Part shown: piece by piece, positions 49,593 through 62,685 of the stretch
How positions within the stretch are numbered: position 1 is the stretch's first letter
Layout of the letters: every line of letters starts with the position of its first letter
Assembly: GCF_044704955.1 (NCBI RefSeq)
Contig: NC_091992.1
Span: forward strand, 130,882,001-130,946,000
Direction of reading: 5' to 3'
DNA length: 64,000 nt
DNA from: Pristiophorus japonicus
Taxonomy: Eukaryota
The notes under the pieces: generated by a model
The model's database searches: none
The model's input: the letters and a program-made list of their open reading frames with translations, nothing else
Told to the model about the DNA's origin: nothing
Program-made: the position numbers and the translations under genes

Positions 49593-50743
49593 TATAACAC
49601 AGTGAGCATTAGTATTATATAAAAATTACAAACACAAAAACGGGCCATTCATCCCAACCAGTCCGTGTTGGTGTTTATCCTCCACACGAGCAGTAGTTCT
49701 AATTCAATGTGCCCCCTTCCCATATCCCTTTAACCACCTATCTAACCTAAGGAAGTAAAGTCTCTGCTTCAAAGTCAAAGCTTAAAGGCACTATATCTGA
49801 ATGCGTGAAGCATTTGCAACAAAATAGATGAATTAATAACGCAGATAGAAATTAATAGGTTTGATCTAATAGCCATTACGGAGATGTGGTTGCAAAGTAA
49901 CCAAGATAGGGAACTAAATATTCCAGGATACTTAACTTTTAGAAGAGATAGGCAAAATGGAAAAGTAGGAAGGGTAGCCCTGATAATAAAGGACGGGATA
50001 AAGACAGTAGAGAGAAAGGATCTTAGCTCCAAAAATCAAGAAGTAGAATTAGTTTGGGTGGAGCTATGAAACAGCAAGGGGGAGAAAACATTAGTGGGAG
50101 TTGTTTATAGGCCCCAAAACAGTAGTTGTAATGTAGGGCAGAGTATAAATCAGGAAATTAGAGGCATCTGTAACAAGGGTAATACGGTAATCATGGGGGA
50201 CTTTAATCTACATATAGACTGGGCAAACTAAATTTGCAATAATAATGTGGAGGATGAATTCATGGAATGTATACAAGATAGTTTTCTAGATCAGTATGTT
50301 GAGGAATCAACTAGGGAGCAGGCTATTTTAGATCTAGTATTGTACAATGAGAAAGGGTTAATTAATAACCTTGTAGTAAAGGGGCCATTAGGGAAGAGTG
50401 ACCATAATATTATAGAATTTTATATTTAAGTTGAAAGTGATTTAGTTAAATTCAAAACTGCAGTCTTAAATCTAAACAAAGGAAGCTATGTAGGTATGAG
50501 GGGAGAGTTATGTAGGTATGAGGGGAGAGTTATGTAAGTATGAGGGGAGAGTTGGTTAAAGTAGATTGGGAAACTATGTAAAAAGGTATAATGGTAGACA
50601 AGCAATGGCTAGAATTTAAAGAATGAATACATAATTTACAACAAAAATACATTCCTTTAAGGCACAAAAACTCCAAAAAGTAGTCTAACTGTGGTTAAGA
50701 AGAGAAGTTAAAGATAGTATTAGATCAAAGCCAGAGGCTTTAT

Positions 50744-52127
50744 GAGCCCAAGTTTCCACATGATTTGCGCCTGATTTTTAGGAGCAACTGGTGGAGAATG
50801 GACTATCTTAGAAATCGCAATTCTCCACATTTTTTTTTCTGCAGTTCTAGTCAGGTAGAACAGTTCTACTTTGGAACAGAATTTTTTCTTCAAAAGGGGG
50901 CGTGTCCGGCCACTGACGCCTGATTTGAAAGTTTCCACAGTGAAAATGTACTCCAAACTAAAGTAGAATGGAGCAAGTGAAGATTTTTGTAGAACTGAAA
51001 AAACCTGTTCTACACATTAAAAAATCAGGCGCAGGTTACAAATTAGGCGTCCAGAACGAGGTGGGGGGGAAGGGAAGTCATTAAATTCTACAATAAATCC
51101 TTATTTATACTTATACAAATATTATACAAGTAAATCCAACCTGAATAAACATTTATAAGCAAAGAAAAAATTAAATAAACCATCTTCCTACCTGTGTGAA
51201 AGTGCTTCAGGCAGGCCTTTCGGGACCGAAGGCTGAACGAGCCGGGCCCGAGACTTCAGGCAGGTAGGTGGCGTTGGGTTGGGTCGGGGAGGTTCGGTTC
51301 GGGTCGGGGGAGGGGGAGGGAGAGGGAGAGAGAGCGGGGGAGAGAGATGGAGAGGGAGAGAGAGAGAGAGAGGAAGAGAGAGAGAGAGAGAGGGGGGGAG
51401 GGAGAGAGAGAGGGGGGGAGGGAGAGAGAGAGGGGGGGAGGGAGAGAGAGAGGGGGGGAGGGAGAGAGAGAGGGGGGGAGGGAGAGAGAGAGGGGGGGAG
51501 GGAGAGAGAGAGAGGGGGGGAGGGAGGGAGAGAGGGGGGGAGGGAGGGAGCGAGAGAGAGAGGGAGGGAGGGAGAGGGAGGGGGGAAGGTCAGGTCGGAT
51601 CCAGTCCGGGAGCGGGAGTCGGGTCGGGTCCAGTGGGTTGGGGGGTGGGAGCGCGGGTCGGGTCGGGTCGGGTCCAGTGGGTTGGGGGGTGGGAGCGCGG
51701 GTCGGGTCGGGTCCAGTCGGGGGGGCGGGGAGCGGGAACAGGAGCTTGGGTCGGGTCAGTCGGGGGGGGGGGGGTCGGGTCAGTCGGGGGGGGGGGAGCA
51801 GGAGCTGGGCGTGGGAGGAGCCTTATTCACGCAGCCCCAGTGAGGCCATTGGGCCAGGGCTAGGGGCTGCGTGCTTCGGGCCCCTCCCACACAGTTCGGC
51901 GCCTGGAGCTACTGCACTTGCGTGCCCACTGTAGCGCGCATGTGCAGAGGTCCCGGCACTGTTTTCAGCGCAGGGACCTGGCTCCGCCCCCTACAGCTCC
52001 TGCTGCGCCGAGGACCAGAGGACCTGCAGGGAGGTGGAGAATACCGAGGATTTTTTTAGGCGCACTTTGTGGCGCGAAAAACGGGCGTCCAGGTCGGGAC
52101 TGCGCCATTCTAGGCGCGTGTGGAAAC
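50744..52127. mobile_element. Non-autonomous DNA transposon (Harbinger-like) with an internal GA/G-rich simple repeat
   Basis: Ends GAGCCCAAGTTTCCACA / TGTGGAAAC interrupt the CR1 at GGCTTTAT|TAATGTTGCC. An internal (GGGAGAGAGAGAGGGGGGA)n tract lies at 51310-51590. Confidence 0.65.
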
Positions 52128-52249
52128 AAAATAATGTTGCCAAAACGAGCAGTAAGCCTGACGATTGGGAACATTTTAGAATTCAGCAAAGGAGGACCAA
52201 AAAATTAATAAAGGGAAAATAAAATATGAGTAAACTAGCGAGAGACGTG

Positions 52250-53663
52250 GGGCTAGAACCTCCACTTTTGAGCTTATTGCCCAAAAATGGGCGTTAAAAA
52301 AGGGTTTTCAGATCGCCAGCTGCTCGCCCATTCGCAAAACATCTAGTTTACATTTTTGAAAATGGGCGTTACCGCGAGCAATATCAAATGGGTGGTAGCG
52401 TTAAATTTTTCTGACCTACTGCCATAAAGTGTGGCCGTCCTTCGCAACGGCATGGCAACGCTCTATTCCCGCGATTCAGAAGGTCAAGGGTCATCATGAC
52501 ATGCGCAGAAGAGGAGACAGAGAGAGAGGGAGCTCAGAGCGTGTGTGGCTGTGGTGTGTACTTGTTTGGCTGTTGTGGGAGGAACGATGGAGACTCACGA
52601 GCAGCAAAAAGCCTACTAAGCACCAAGAACATAGTTGGCACTGAATTTTTGGCCAACAAATAACATATAACATGGAAGGGATGGAGGAGGCTCTAGAGCT
52701 GGTAGCCAGGAACACTGGTGGCAGAGGGCTCCCAATGGTCACGGAGCACTGCACCCCAAGGTGATGCACCTCCATTGCGAACCACACGAGAGCCAGCAGC
52801 AACATCTTACTTATGGTTCAGCGCACGCTCCCACCTCAGGACCGTTCTCTACAGTATCCGTCCAAGCAGTGCTTTTACCATCGCCCCCCCCTCCACCCCC
52901 CCCCCCCCAGTCTGTCACTTCGTACATTGGGCACATAATGCAGTGGAGCATTCCTTCTGGGATGTCGAGTCTGCTGCATGTATTTGGTCACCAAGAGAGG
53001 GTGAGAAAGGACAGCCCCCGCCCCCGCAGTAGCTCTCTGTTTTCCATCGATTGCTCACAAACAAGGAATGTCCGACGAACATACCTCTTCAATTCCAATC
53101 GGTCACAATGTGGTCAAGATGTTTTTAGAGATGTTCACATCAACTCCAACGACCTGCGAACTCCCCCGAGGTTGAAGCACAGCAGCCTTTTAAAGGATAC
53201 GACATGTGATCTACAATATGGCGTCCGTAACGCTGTGATTCGTTCCGGTTAGTTCCACTTTTTGTGGGCGGTTTTTTGAGCGAGCGATATTGTGGGCGAT
53301 ATGTGTGCGAGGTGGTGAAATTGATGATGGGCAATCTCCATGGCCGCTAGTTTGGGTAAATATGCTCTTTACTACAAAAAACAGTGGGTGGGCGTTAATA
53401 TTGAATCTCGGCGTTAATTCCGTGCGGCAATATTATGGGCATTGAATTCGCCCATTCTGCTGACTCTGCCCCCAAAAAATGGGCGGGCGGTAATATTTTT
53501 TCTCGCCGTTAAGCACATGGGGAAAGTAACGCTCGGCAATAAGTTTCCGAAAAATGCCTGCCAGTTTCCATTTTGTTCCAAAATAGGCGTTTTACGTCAT
53601 TTCAGCGGCAAAATGGGCATTAAGTGGGCATTAAGCAGGCAAAAAATGTGGCAATTCTAGCCC
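52250..53663. mobile_element. Non-autonomous PIF/Harbinger-like DNA transposon
   Basis: TIRs GGGCTAGAACCTCCAC / GTGGCAATTCTAGCCC with 3-bp flanks GTG/ATG. The CR1 sequence is continuous across it. Confidence 0.75.
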
Positions 53664-54800
53664 ATGAAAACAGATTGTAAAAGCTTCTATTGGTACGTAA
53701 AAAGGAAAAGATTAGTGAAAGTAGATATGGGTCCCTTGCAGGCAGAGACAGGAGAAATTGGAAATGGCAGAGAAATTAAACAAATAATGTGTCTGTGTTC
53801 ACGGAAGAAAATGCAAAAAACCTCCCGGAAATAGTGGAGAACCAAGGGTTTGGAGGAACTGAAAGAAATTAGTATTAGTAAAAAAATAGTACTGGAGAAA
53901 TTAATGGGATTGAAAGCCGATAAATCCCCTGGACCTGGTGGCCTACATCCTAGGGTTTTGTAAGAAGTGGCTATAGAGATAGTGGATGCATTGATTGTAA
54001 TCTTCCAAAATTCCATAGATTCTAGAAAGGACCCCATGGATTGGAAGGTAGCAAATTTAACCCTATTTAAAAAAGGAGGGAGAGAGAAAACGGGGAACTA
54101 CAGACCAGTTAGCCTGACATCAGTAGTAGGGAAAATGCTAGAATCTATTATTAAGGACATGGTAACGGCACTTAGAAAATAATAATAGGATTGGGCAGTC
54201 AACACGGATTTATAAAAGGGAAATCATGTTTGACAAATCTGTTAGAGTTACTTGAGGTTGTAACTCGCAGAATAGATCAGCGGGTGTGGTGTATTTGGCT
54301 TTTCAGAAGGCATTTGATAAGGTGCCACGTAAGAGGTTATTAAATAAAATTAGGGCTCATCGGATTGGGGGTAATATACTAGCATGGATTGAGGATTGGT
54401 TAACGGACAGAAAACAGAGTAGGAATAAACGGGTCATTTTCGGGTTGGCAGACTATAACTAGTGGGGTACCACAAAGATCAGTGGGCCTCAGCTATTCAC
54501 ATTCTATATCAATGATTTGTATGAGGGGACCAAATGTAATATATCCAAGTATGCTGACGATACAAAGCTAGGTGGGAATGTAAGTTGTGAGGAGCATGCA
54601 AAGAAACTTCAAGGAGATATAGACAGACTAAGCGATATATAATGTGGAGAAATGTGAAGTTATCCATTTTAGTAAGAAAAATAGAAAAGCAGAGTATTTT
54701 CTAAATGGTGAGAGATTGGGAAATGTTGGTGTTTAGAAGGACCTGGGTGCCCTTGTACACTAATCACTGAAAGTTAACATGGAGGTACAGCAAGCAATTA

Positions 54801-55180
54801 AGAAACGTTTAAAATTCTGACGGGTTTAGACAGGTTAGATGCAGGAAGAATGTTCCCAATGTTGGGGAAGTCCAGAACCAGGGGTCACAGTCTAAGGATA
54901 AGGGGTAAGCCATTTAGGACCGAGATGAGGAGAAACTTCTTCACCCAGAGAGTGGTGAACCTGTGGAATTCTCTACCGCAGAAAGTTGTTGAGGCCAATT
55001 TACTAAATATATTCAAAAAGGAGTTAGATAAAGTCCTTACTACAAGGGGGATCAAGGGGCATGGCGAGAAAGCAGGAATGGGGTACTGAAGTTGCATGTT
55101 CAGCCATGAACTTATTGAATGGCGGTGCAGGCTCGAAGGGCCGAATGGCCTACTCCTGCACCTATTTTCTATGTTTCTAT
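54801..55180 (+). mobile_element. Young CR1 3' fragment nested in the older CR1
   Basis: Nearly identical to 5168-5545. The host resumes at GAAATCAAACAGTATGTTGG. Confidence 0.88.
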
Positions 55181-56714
55181 GAAATCAAACAGTATGTTGG
55201 CCTTTATTACAAGGGGATTTGAGTATAAGAGTAAAGATGTCTTAATGCATTTATATAGGGCTCTGGTGGGACCACGCCTGGAGTATTGTGTACAGTTTGG
55301 TCTCCTTACCTAAGGAAGGATTATACTTGCCATAGAGGGAGGATATACCACCTAAGGAAGGATATACTTGCAACAAAGGCTCACCAAACCTATTCCTGGG
55401 ATGGGGGGATTGTCCTATGAGGAGAGATTGAGTAGACTAAGCCTATAGAAAATAATAATAGGATTGGGCAGTGTCAACACAGATTTATAAAAGGGAAATT
55501 ATGTTTGACAAATCTGTTAGAGTTATTTGAGGTTGTAACTCGCAGAATAGATAAGGGGGATCAGTGGGTGTGGTGTATTTGGCTTTTCGGAAGGCATTCG
55601 ATAAGAGCTTGACAGGGTAGATGCAGGGAGGATGTTTTGCCTGTCTGGGGTCACAGTCTCAAAATAAGGGGTCGGCCATTTAGGACTGAGATGAGGAGAC
55701 ATTCCTTCACTCAGGGTGGTGAATCTTTGGAATTCTCTACCCCAGAGAGCTGTGGATGCTCAGTCTTTGAGTATATTCAAGACAGAGATCAATAGATTTT
55801 TGAATCAAAAGATATGGGGATAGTGCAGGAAAGTGGAGTTCAGGTAGAAGATCAGCCATGATCTTATTGAATGGCGCAGCAGGCTTGAGGGGGGCGAATG
55901 GCCGACTCCTGCTCCTAATTCGTATGTTCTTATGTTCAATCACTAACTCAGGTAGTACATGCCACAGGCTCACTACCCTCCAGTAAAAGACGTTTATCCT
56001 AAATCTCGTACATTTAATCTTCTATCCATGACCCTGCAATCTCTGGAAACAGTCTGCTTCTATCCACTCGGTCCCATTCCGTCATCATTTTAAAAAAACC
56101 TCTATCAAATCACTCTATAATCACAAAAACAGTCCCAATTTTTTCAAGGCTTTTTTTTGTATTGGTATTCCCTCATATCATGCAGCATCCTAATGAACCT
56201 GTTTCTGTCCTATTGCCTCAACACCTTTCCTATAGTGTGGAGCTCAGAATTGTGCACAGTACTCCAGCTGAGTTCACAATGAAGTTGCACATTGATTCAC
56301 CATTACATTTCAACTTTTATAGAATCATAGAATGGTTACAGCACAGAAGGAGACCATTTGGCCTGTTGAGCCCGTGCCGGATCGCTGTTATAACACCTCA
56401 GCTAGTCCCACTCCCATGCTCCGTCCCCATAGCCAGGCAAAAAATGTTTCCTTCAGGTACTTATTCACTTTATATTCTATATCTCACCATAAAACCTATC
56501 TCTTTGACCAAGCTTTTGGTCATCTGCCGTAATTTCTTCTTATGTGGCTTGGTGTCAAATTTTTGTCTTGTTACACTCTTGTGAAGCGCCTTGGGCGTTA
56601 TATAAATACAAGTTGTTGTTGTATTCCATTCATTGTTTGTTTGGCCTCATCAATTTAAGTTGCTGCTTTTAATGTCTTATGACCCTGATTCCCCCCAATC
56701 CCTCTGTTCTGCCA

Positions 56715-56905
56715 CATCACCCAACCTTCCCCCATTCAAATAATACTTCTTTAAAATCAAAATGTAACAAATCACAATCACTGACATTGAATTCCATCTG
56801 CCACTTTCTTGCCCATTTCACCATTTTATCAATAGCCCCTTGGTCCTCATCATTATTCACTATGCCTATTTTAGTATCTGTAAATTTGGACACTGCTCCC
56901 TCCAG
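56715..56905 (-). mobile_element. Decayed CR1-type RT fragment
   Basis: SKFTDTKIG...KWARKWQMEFNV..C.LLHF. Confidence 0.65.
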
Positions 56906-57957
56906 CCCCACTGATGTCACCAACTGGCTGGAAGGGAACTTTGACCCTGACAGTGCGAGGAGGCTGAATTAATGTATCTGCACATTGAATTACCCTGAAT
57001 GTATGCTGTAGCCGTGGGAATGATTCAATGGCAAGACACTCACTCCTCCAAGCTTGTAGCACCGGAAATCATCCACACACAACAAACACATTTTAAAATA
57101 ACAGAAAACGATAAAATAATGTCAAAACAAAATCAAAATTATTTATTTCATTTAAAAAAACAAGATACTGCTAGCAAATATTGTTATTTGTCTTAATCTT
57201 GCTGGCAACATAATCTGCATATGACGAACTCAATGTAACACAAGGCTGTTCCATGACTTTGGAAGTTACATGCTTATGGCGCCGTTATAATTACAGCTGT
57301 TCATCATCCCTTAAATCAAGGTTCTGAAAAGGTGTTTTTAAGTTAACCTTGAATATAAAAAATGATAAAATAGGTTTAATTATTTCACTTAAATGCACCC
57401 CTGTCTGTCCACTTGCTCATCCATAGCTACATATTCCTCCTATTATAACGGTGATAGTGTGGTGACAGAAGACATTGTCAGTGTTGTAACTCTGTCAGTG
57501 TGCTTGCTTTGTCGGCTGTGGTTTTGTATAATTACAGTCATCACACTCCACAGTAATTACACGAGTTTTGACTGTAAGACAATGCACACTGCAGGAGGAG
57601 GTCACAGTGAATGATCTGGGTGAGCGGTATAGAGACTACTGGAAGCTCCCTGTACCTGAGGGAGAGAGAGAGAGAGTGAGAAGTGAGGGAATCACTGGCT
57701 TTCAACAGCTGTGTCTCAACCTGGAACTCCCGAGTCAGCCCTCAGACCGCAGCTATTAAAAGCAGAGTGCAAAGTCTACACAGGCACACAATCCATAAAT
57801 CGCATCAACACCTCGCGTTCGGGGGTAAACATGACATCATGTCTATTTGCCCTCCGTTAACAAGAAATAAATCAAGCATTTCTTGTTTCAAAGCTTTAAA
57901 AAAAAGTGTCAGACGTCCGCCCCCTCTCCTTTGCCCTGCTTCTCCCTTTACTCATTG

Positions 57958-60445
57958 TAGAATCATACAACACCGAAGGAGTCCATTCGGCCCATCGTGC
58001 CTGTGACAGCTCTTGGATAGAGCTATCCAATTCGTCCCACCCCCTGCCCTTTCTCCTATAGTCCCACCCCCTGCCCTTTCTCCTTTATCCCACCCCCTGC
58101 CCTTTCTCCTTTAGTCCCATCCCCTGCCCTTTCTCCTTTATCCCACCCCCTGCCCTTTCTCCTTTATCCCATCCCCTGCCCTTTCTCCTTTATCCCACCC
58201 CCTGCCCTTTCTCCTTTAGTCCCATCCCCTGCCCTTTCTCCTTTATCCCACCCCCCGCCCTTTCTCCTTTATCCCACCACCTGCCCTTTCTCCTATAGTC
58301 CCACCCCCTGCCCTTTCTCCTTTATCCCACCCCCTGCCCTTTCTCCTATAGTCCCACCCCCTGCCCTTTCTCCTTTATCCCACCCCCTGCCCTTTCTCCT
58401 ATAGTCCCACCCCCTGCCCTTTCTCCTTTATCCCACCCCCCGCCCTTTCTCCTTTATCCCACCACCTGCCCTTTCTCCTATAGTCCCACCCCCTGCCCTT
58501 TCTCCTTTATCCCACCCCCTGCCCTTTCTCCTATAGTCCCACCCCCTGCCCTTTCTCCTTTATCCCACCCCCCGCCCTTTCTCCTTTATCCCACCACCTG
58601 CCCTTTCTCCTATAGTCCCACCCCATGCCCTTTCTCCTTTATCCCACCCCCTGCCCTTTCTCCTTTATCCCACCCTCTGCCCTTTCTCCTTTATCCCACC
58701 CCCTGCCCTTTCTCCTTTATCCCACCCCCTGCCCTTTCTCCTTTATCCCACCCCCTGCCCTTTCTCCTTTATCCCACCCCCCGCCTTTCTCCTTTATCCC
58801 ACCACCTGCCCTTTCTCCTATAGTCCCACCCCCTGCCCTTTCTCCTTTATCCCACCCCCTGCCCTTTCTCCTATAGTCCCACCCTCCTGCCCTTTCTCCT
58901 TTATCCCATCCCCTGCCCTTTCTCCTTTATCCCACCCCCTGCCCTTTCTCCTTTAGTCCCATCCCCTGCCCTTTCTCCTTTATCCCACCCCCTGCCCTTT
59001 CTCCTTTAGTCCCATCCCCTGCCCTTTCTCCTATAGTCCCACCCCCTGCCCTTTCTCCTTTAGTCCCATCCCCTGCCCTTTCTCCTTTATCCCACCCCCT
59101 GCCCTTTCTCCTATAGTCCCATCCCCTGCCCTTTCTCCTTTATCCCACCCCCTGCCCTTTCTCCTATAGTCCCACCCCCTGCCCTTTCTCCTTTATCCCA
59201 TCCCCTGCCCTTTCTCCTTTATCCCATCCCCTGCCCTTTCTCCTTTATCCCATCCCCTGCCCTTTCTCCTTTATCCCACCCCCTGCCCTTTCTCCTATAG
59301 TCCCACCCCCTGCCCTTTCTCCTATAGTCCCACCCCCTGCCCTTTCTCCTTTATCCCACCCCCTGCCCTTTCTCCTTTTGTCCCATCCCCTGCCCTTTCT
59401 CCTTTAGTCCCACCCCCTGCCCTTTCTCCTTTATCCCACCCCCTGCCCTTTCTCCTTTATCCCATCCCCTGCCCTTTCTCCTTTATCCCACCCCCTGCCC
59501 TTTCTCCTTTATCCCACCCCCTGCCCTTTCTCCTTTTGTCCCACCCCCTGCCCTTTCTCCTTTAGTCACACCCCCTGCCCTTTCTCCTTTAGTCCCACCC
59601 CCTGCCCTTTCTCCTTTATCCCATCCCCTGCCCTTTCTCCTTTATCCCACCCCCTGCCCTTTCTCCTTTATCCCACCCCCTGCCCTTTCTCCTTTAGTCC
59701 CATCCCCTGCCCTTTCTCCTTTATCCCACCCCCTGCCCTTTCTCCTTTATCCCACCCCCTGCCCTTTCTCCTTTATCCCATCCCCTGCCCTTTCTCCTTT
59801 ATCCCATCCCCTGCCCTTTCTCCTTTATCCCATCCCCTGCCCTTTCTCCTTTAGTCCCACCCCCTGCCCTTTCTCCTTTATCCCATCCCCTGCCCTTTCT
59901 CCTATAGTCCCACCCCCTGCCCTTTCTCCCACCCCCCTGCCTTTTCTCCTATAGTCCCACCCCTCTGCCCTTTCTCCTTTATCCCACCCCCTGCCCTTTC
60001 TCCTTTATCCCATCCCCTGCCCTTTCTCCTATAGTCCCACCCCCTGCCCTTTCTCCTTTATCCCACCCCTCTGCCCTTTCTCCTTTATCCCACCCCCCTG
60101 CCCTTTCTCCTATAGTCCCACCCCCCTGCCCTTTCTCCTTTATCCCACCCCCTGCCCTTTCTCCTTTATCCCATCCCCTGCCCTTTCTCCTATAGTCCCA
60201 CCCCCTGCCCTTTCTCCTTTATCCCACCCCCTGCCCTTTCTCCTTTATCCCACCCCTCTGCCCTATCTCCTTTATCTCATCCCCTGCCCTTTCTCCTTTA
60301 GTCCCACCCCCTGCCCTTCCTCCTTTATCCATAGCCCTGAAAATTGTTCCCGTTCAAGTATTTATCCAATTACTTTTCGAATCTGCTCCCACCACCCTTT
60401 CAGGCAGTGCATTCCAGACCATAACAACTCGCTGTGTAAAAAAAA
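57958..60445 (-). mobile_element. CR1-type 3' end hosting a minisatellite expansion
   Basis: The left flank is the tail hairpin (GCCATTCGGCCC). The right flank encodes FFLHSELLWSGMHCLKGWWEQIR, the alternate frame of QRVVMVWNALPERVV. Confidence 0.75.
58035..60330. repeat. 26/27-bp pyrimidine-rich minisatellite, ~85-90 copies (2.3 kb)
   Basis: Unit TCCCAYCCCCTGCCCTTTCTCCTWTA(G). Confidence 0.97.
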
Positions 60446-61149
60446 CCTAATTTTCCTCCTGGATGTTTCTTTATGGTTTAGGAGCATTCTTTTTGAATAT
60501 ATATATATATATATATTCGCTTTATCCCGCACCTTTCGAACAGGTGCACTCCAATCTATGGTGAGAGGGCAGCGATTCCATCCCCAGTGCGGGGATACCC
60601 CGTGAATCTGCACAGTGTTCATGGAGAAGGGCTTTTTCAATGCTGCTTCTTGATATCTTTCATTGTCCCATTGGGAATGTCCAATGCTGTGTCGGGAGTT
60701 ACAGGTCAGTGGGTCGGGAGTAGCTGCCAGTTCATTAGCAGGGAGAATGAGTCTTTGGGAGCGAGATCCAGTCAGTAGAATGACGGCTAGTTATTGAGAA
60801 CATCGATAATTCACTCACGTTTCAGGGAAAGTGGGAAAGTAAAGGGCGGGGGGTACTTCAATTCGATTGTATCGACAGTAAAAATGTGCATTTTCCACAT
60901 GGCACGTGTTTCAGTCACAATATAAATCCAACCGAAACAGTTCATCACTTAAAATGCTGCTCTCCCTCGCTCTGTCTCTCTCTGTGCCCTGTCATAGTTT
61001 GTGGAGAAACTAGTTTCATGAGAAACATGAGAATCTTTTAAGTGGGCCATTGGAAAGCTCGGCAGAGAGCGGTCCCTGTGGGCAATCCCAGAGCGCGGAT
61101 AAGACTCCACAATCATCAATCACCCCGAGATATGTCGGTGTTTGTAATC

Positions 61150-62155
61150 ACCCAGGCTGGACACTCACTGTATATACCCCCCCCCCCACCCCCACGCTGG
61201 ACACACTGTATATACTCCCCCCCCCCCCAGGCTCACACACTGTATATACCCCCCCCCCCACCCCAGGCTGGACACTCACTGTATATACCACCCCCCCCCC
61301 CACCCCCACCCCCACCCCCACGCTGGACACACTATATATACTCTTCCCCCCCCCCCCAGGCTCACACACTGTATATACCCCCCCCCACCCCAGGCTGGAC
61401 ACTCACTGTATATACCCTCCACCCGCCCAGGCTGGACACTCACTGTATATACCCCCCCCCCCCCCCCAAGGCTGGACACTCACTGTATATACCCCCCCCC
61501 CCAAGGCTGGACACTCACTGTATATAACCCCCCCCCCCGCCAGGCTGGACACTCACTGTATATACCCCCCCCCCCCAAGGCTGGACACTCACTGTACATA
61601 CCCCCCCCCCCCACCCCAGGCTGGACACTCACTGTATATACCCCCCCCCAAGGCTGGACACTCACTGTATATACCCCCCCCCCCTCCCACCCCAGGCTGG
61701 ACACTCACTGTATATAACCCCCCCCCCCCATGCTGGACACTCACTGTATATACCCCCCCCCCAAGGCTGGACACTCACTGTATATACACCCCCCCCCCCC
61801 CCAGGCTGGACACTCACTGTATATACCCCCCCCCCCCCCGCCAGGCTGGACACTCACTGTATATACACCCCCCCCCCCCCAAGGCTGGACACTCACTGTA
61901 TATATCCCCCACCCGCCCAGGCTGGACACTCACTGTATATACACCCCCCCCCCCCCCACCCCAGGCTGGACACTCACTGTATATACCCCCCACCCCCACC
62001 CCAGGCTGGACACTCACTGTATATACCCCGCACCCGCCCAGGCTGGACACTCACTGTATATACTCCCACCCCCCCGCCCCCCCAGGCTCACACTCACTGT
62101 ATATACTCCCCCCCCGCCCCCCCAGGCTCACACTCACTGTATATACCCCCCACCC
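61150..62155. repeat. Minisatellite: constant ~23-nt core plus variable poly-C linkers, ~27 copies
   Basis: AGGCTGGACACTCACTGTATATA followed by C-tracts of roughly 8-30 nt. Confidence 0.95.
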
Positions 62156-62685
62156 CGGATACACACCGGCTCCGAGCGCTCCATTGGATCGCCGCTCCCA
62201 CCGGTTTTATGTGCTCAGTTAAAGTTTTATTTTGTAGATTAAAGTATTGATGAAATGAACAATACAGATTGTCAGAGACAATGAACCATGCAATCGATTA
62301 TAGAGCAATTGCTGTAAATGGGAAGCGTTGCATTGCACAGTCCCTTATAATTGAATCTAGATCGATCATAATGTGAAATACATACAATTTATCATGGAGA
62401 AATATCAAATATTGGATGGTTTGACACTGGAATTCCCTGTAAATCTCGCTCCCTGCCGACCTTTCAGCCCCAGGCACGACCCCAGGGAAGTGGCCCCATC
62501 AGATCAACATTGGGACAAGGCTCCTGTACAACTCGCAATTCAAACCATTCGTTTCAAAAGCTCTCGCCTCACTGACTATTCAATGCAAAGCAAACAAAGG
62601 CACCCGTTATGTTTGAGAAGGAAGCCCATTGTGACAATGTTGACGGACAGGAAAGCACACACATCCAGAATTCGATAGTTCTTAC

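Larger units (their letters stand above)
49780..55935 (+). mobile_element. Old CR1 LINE ORF2 (EN+RT) fragmented by nested insertions
   Basis: Colinear with 2690-5550 (LYLNA, ITEMWL, GKSDHN, NYRPVSLTS, KYADDTK, tail at ~55850-55935), with many stops. Confidence 0.9.

Noticed and set aside
51963-51985. Possible REST/RE1 site for a neuronal gene
   Set aside because: TTCAGCGCAGGGACCTGG matches the consensus poorly and lies inside a transposon.
61150-62155. CRISPR-like repeat/spacer appearance
   Set aside because: The spacers are only poly-C tracts, there are no cas genes and the context is vertebrate. It is a minisatellite.
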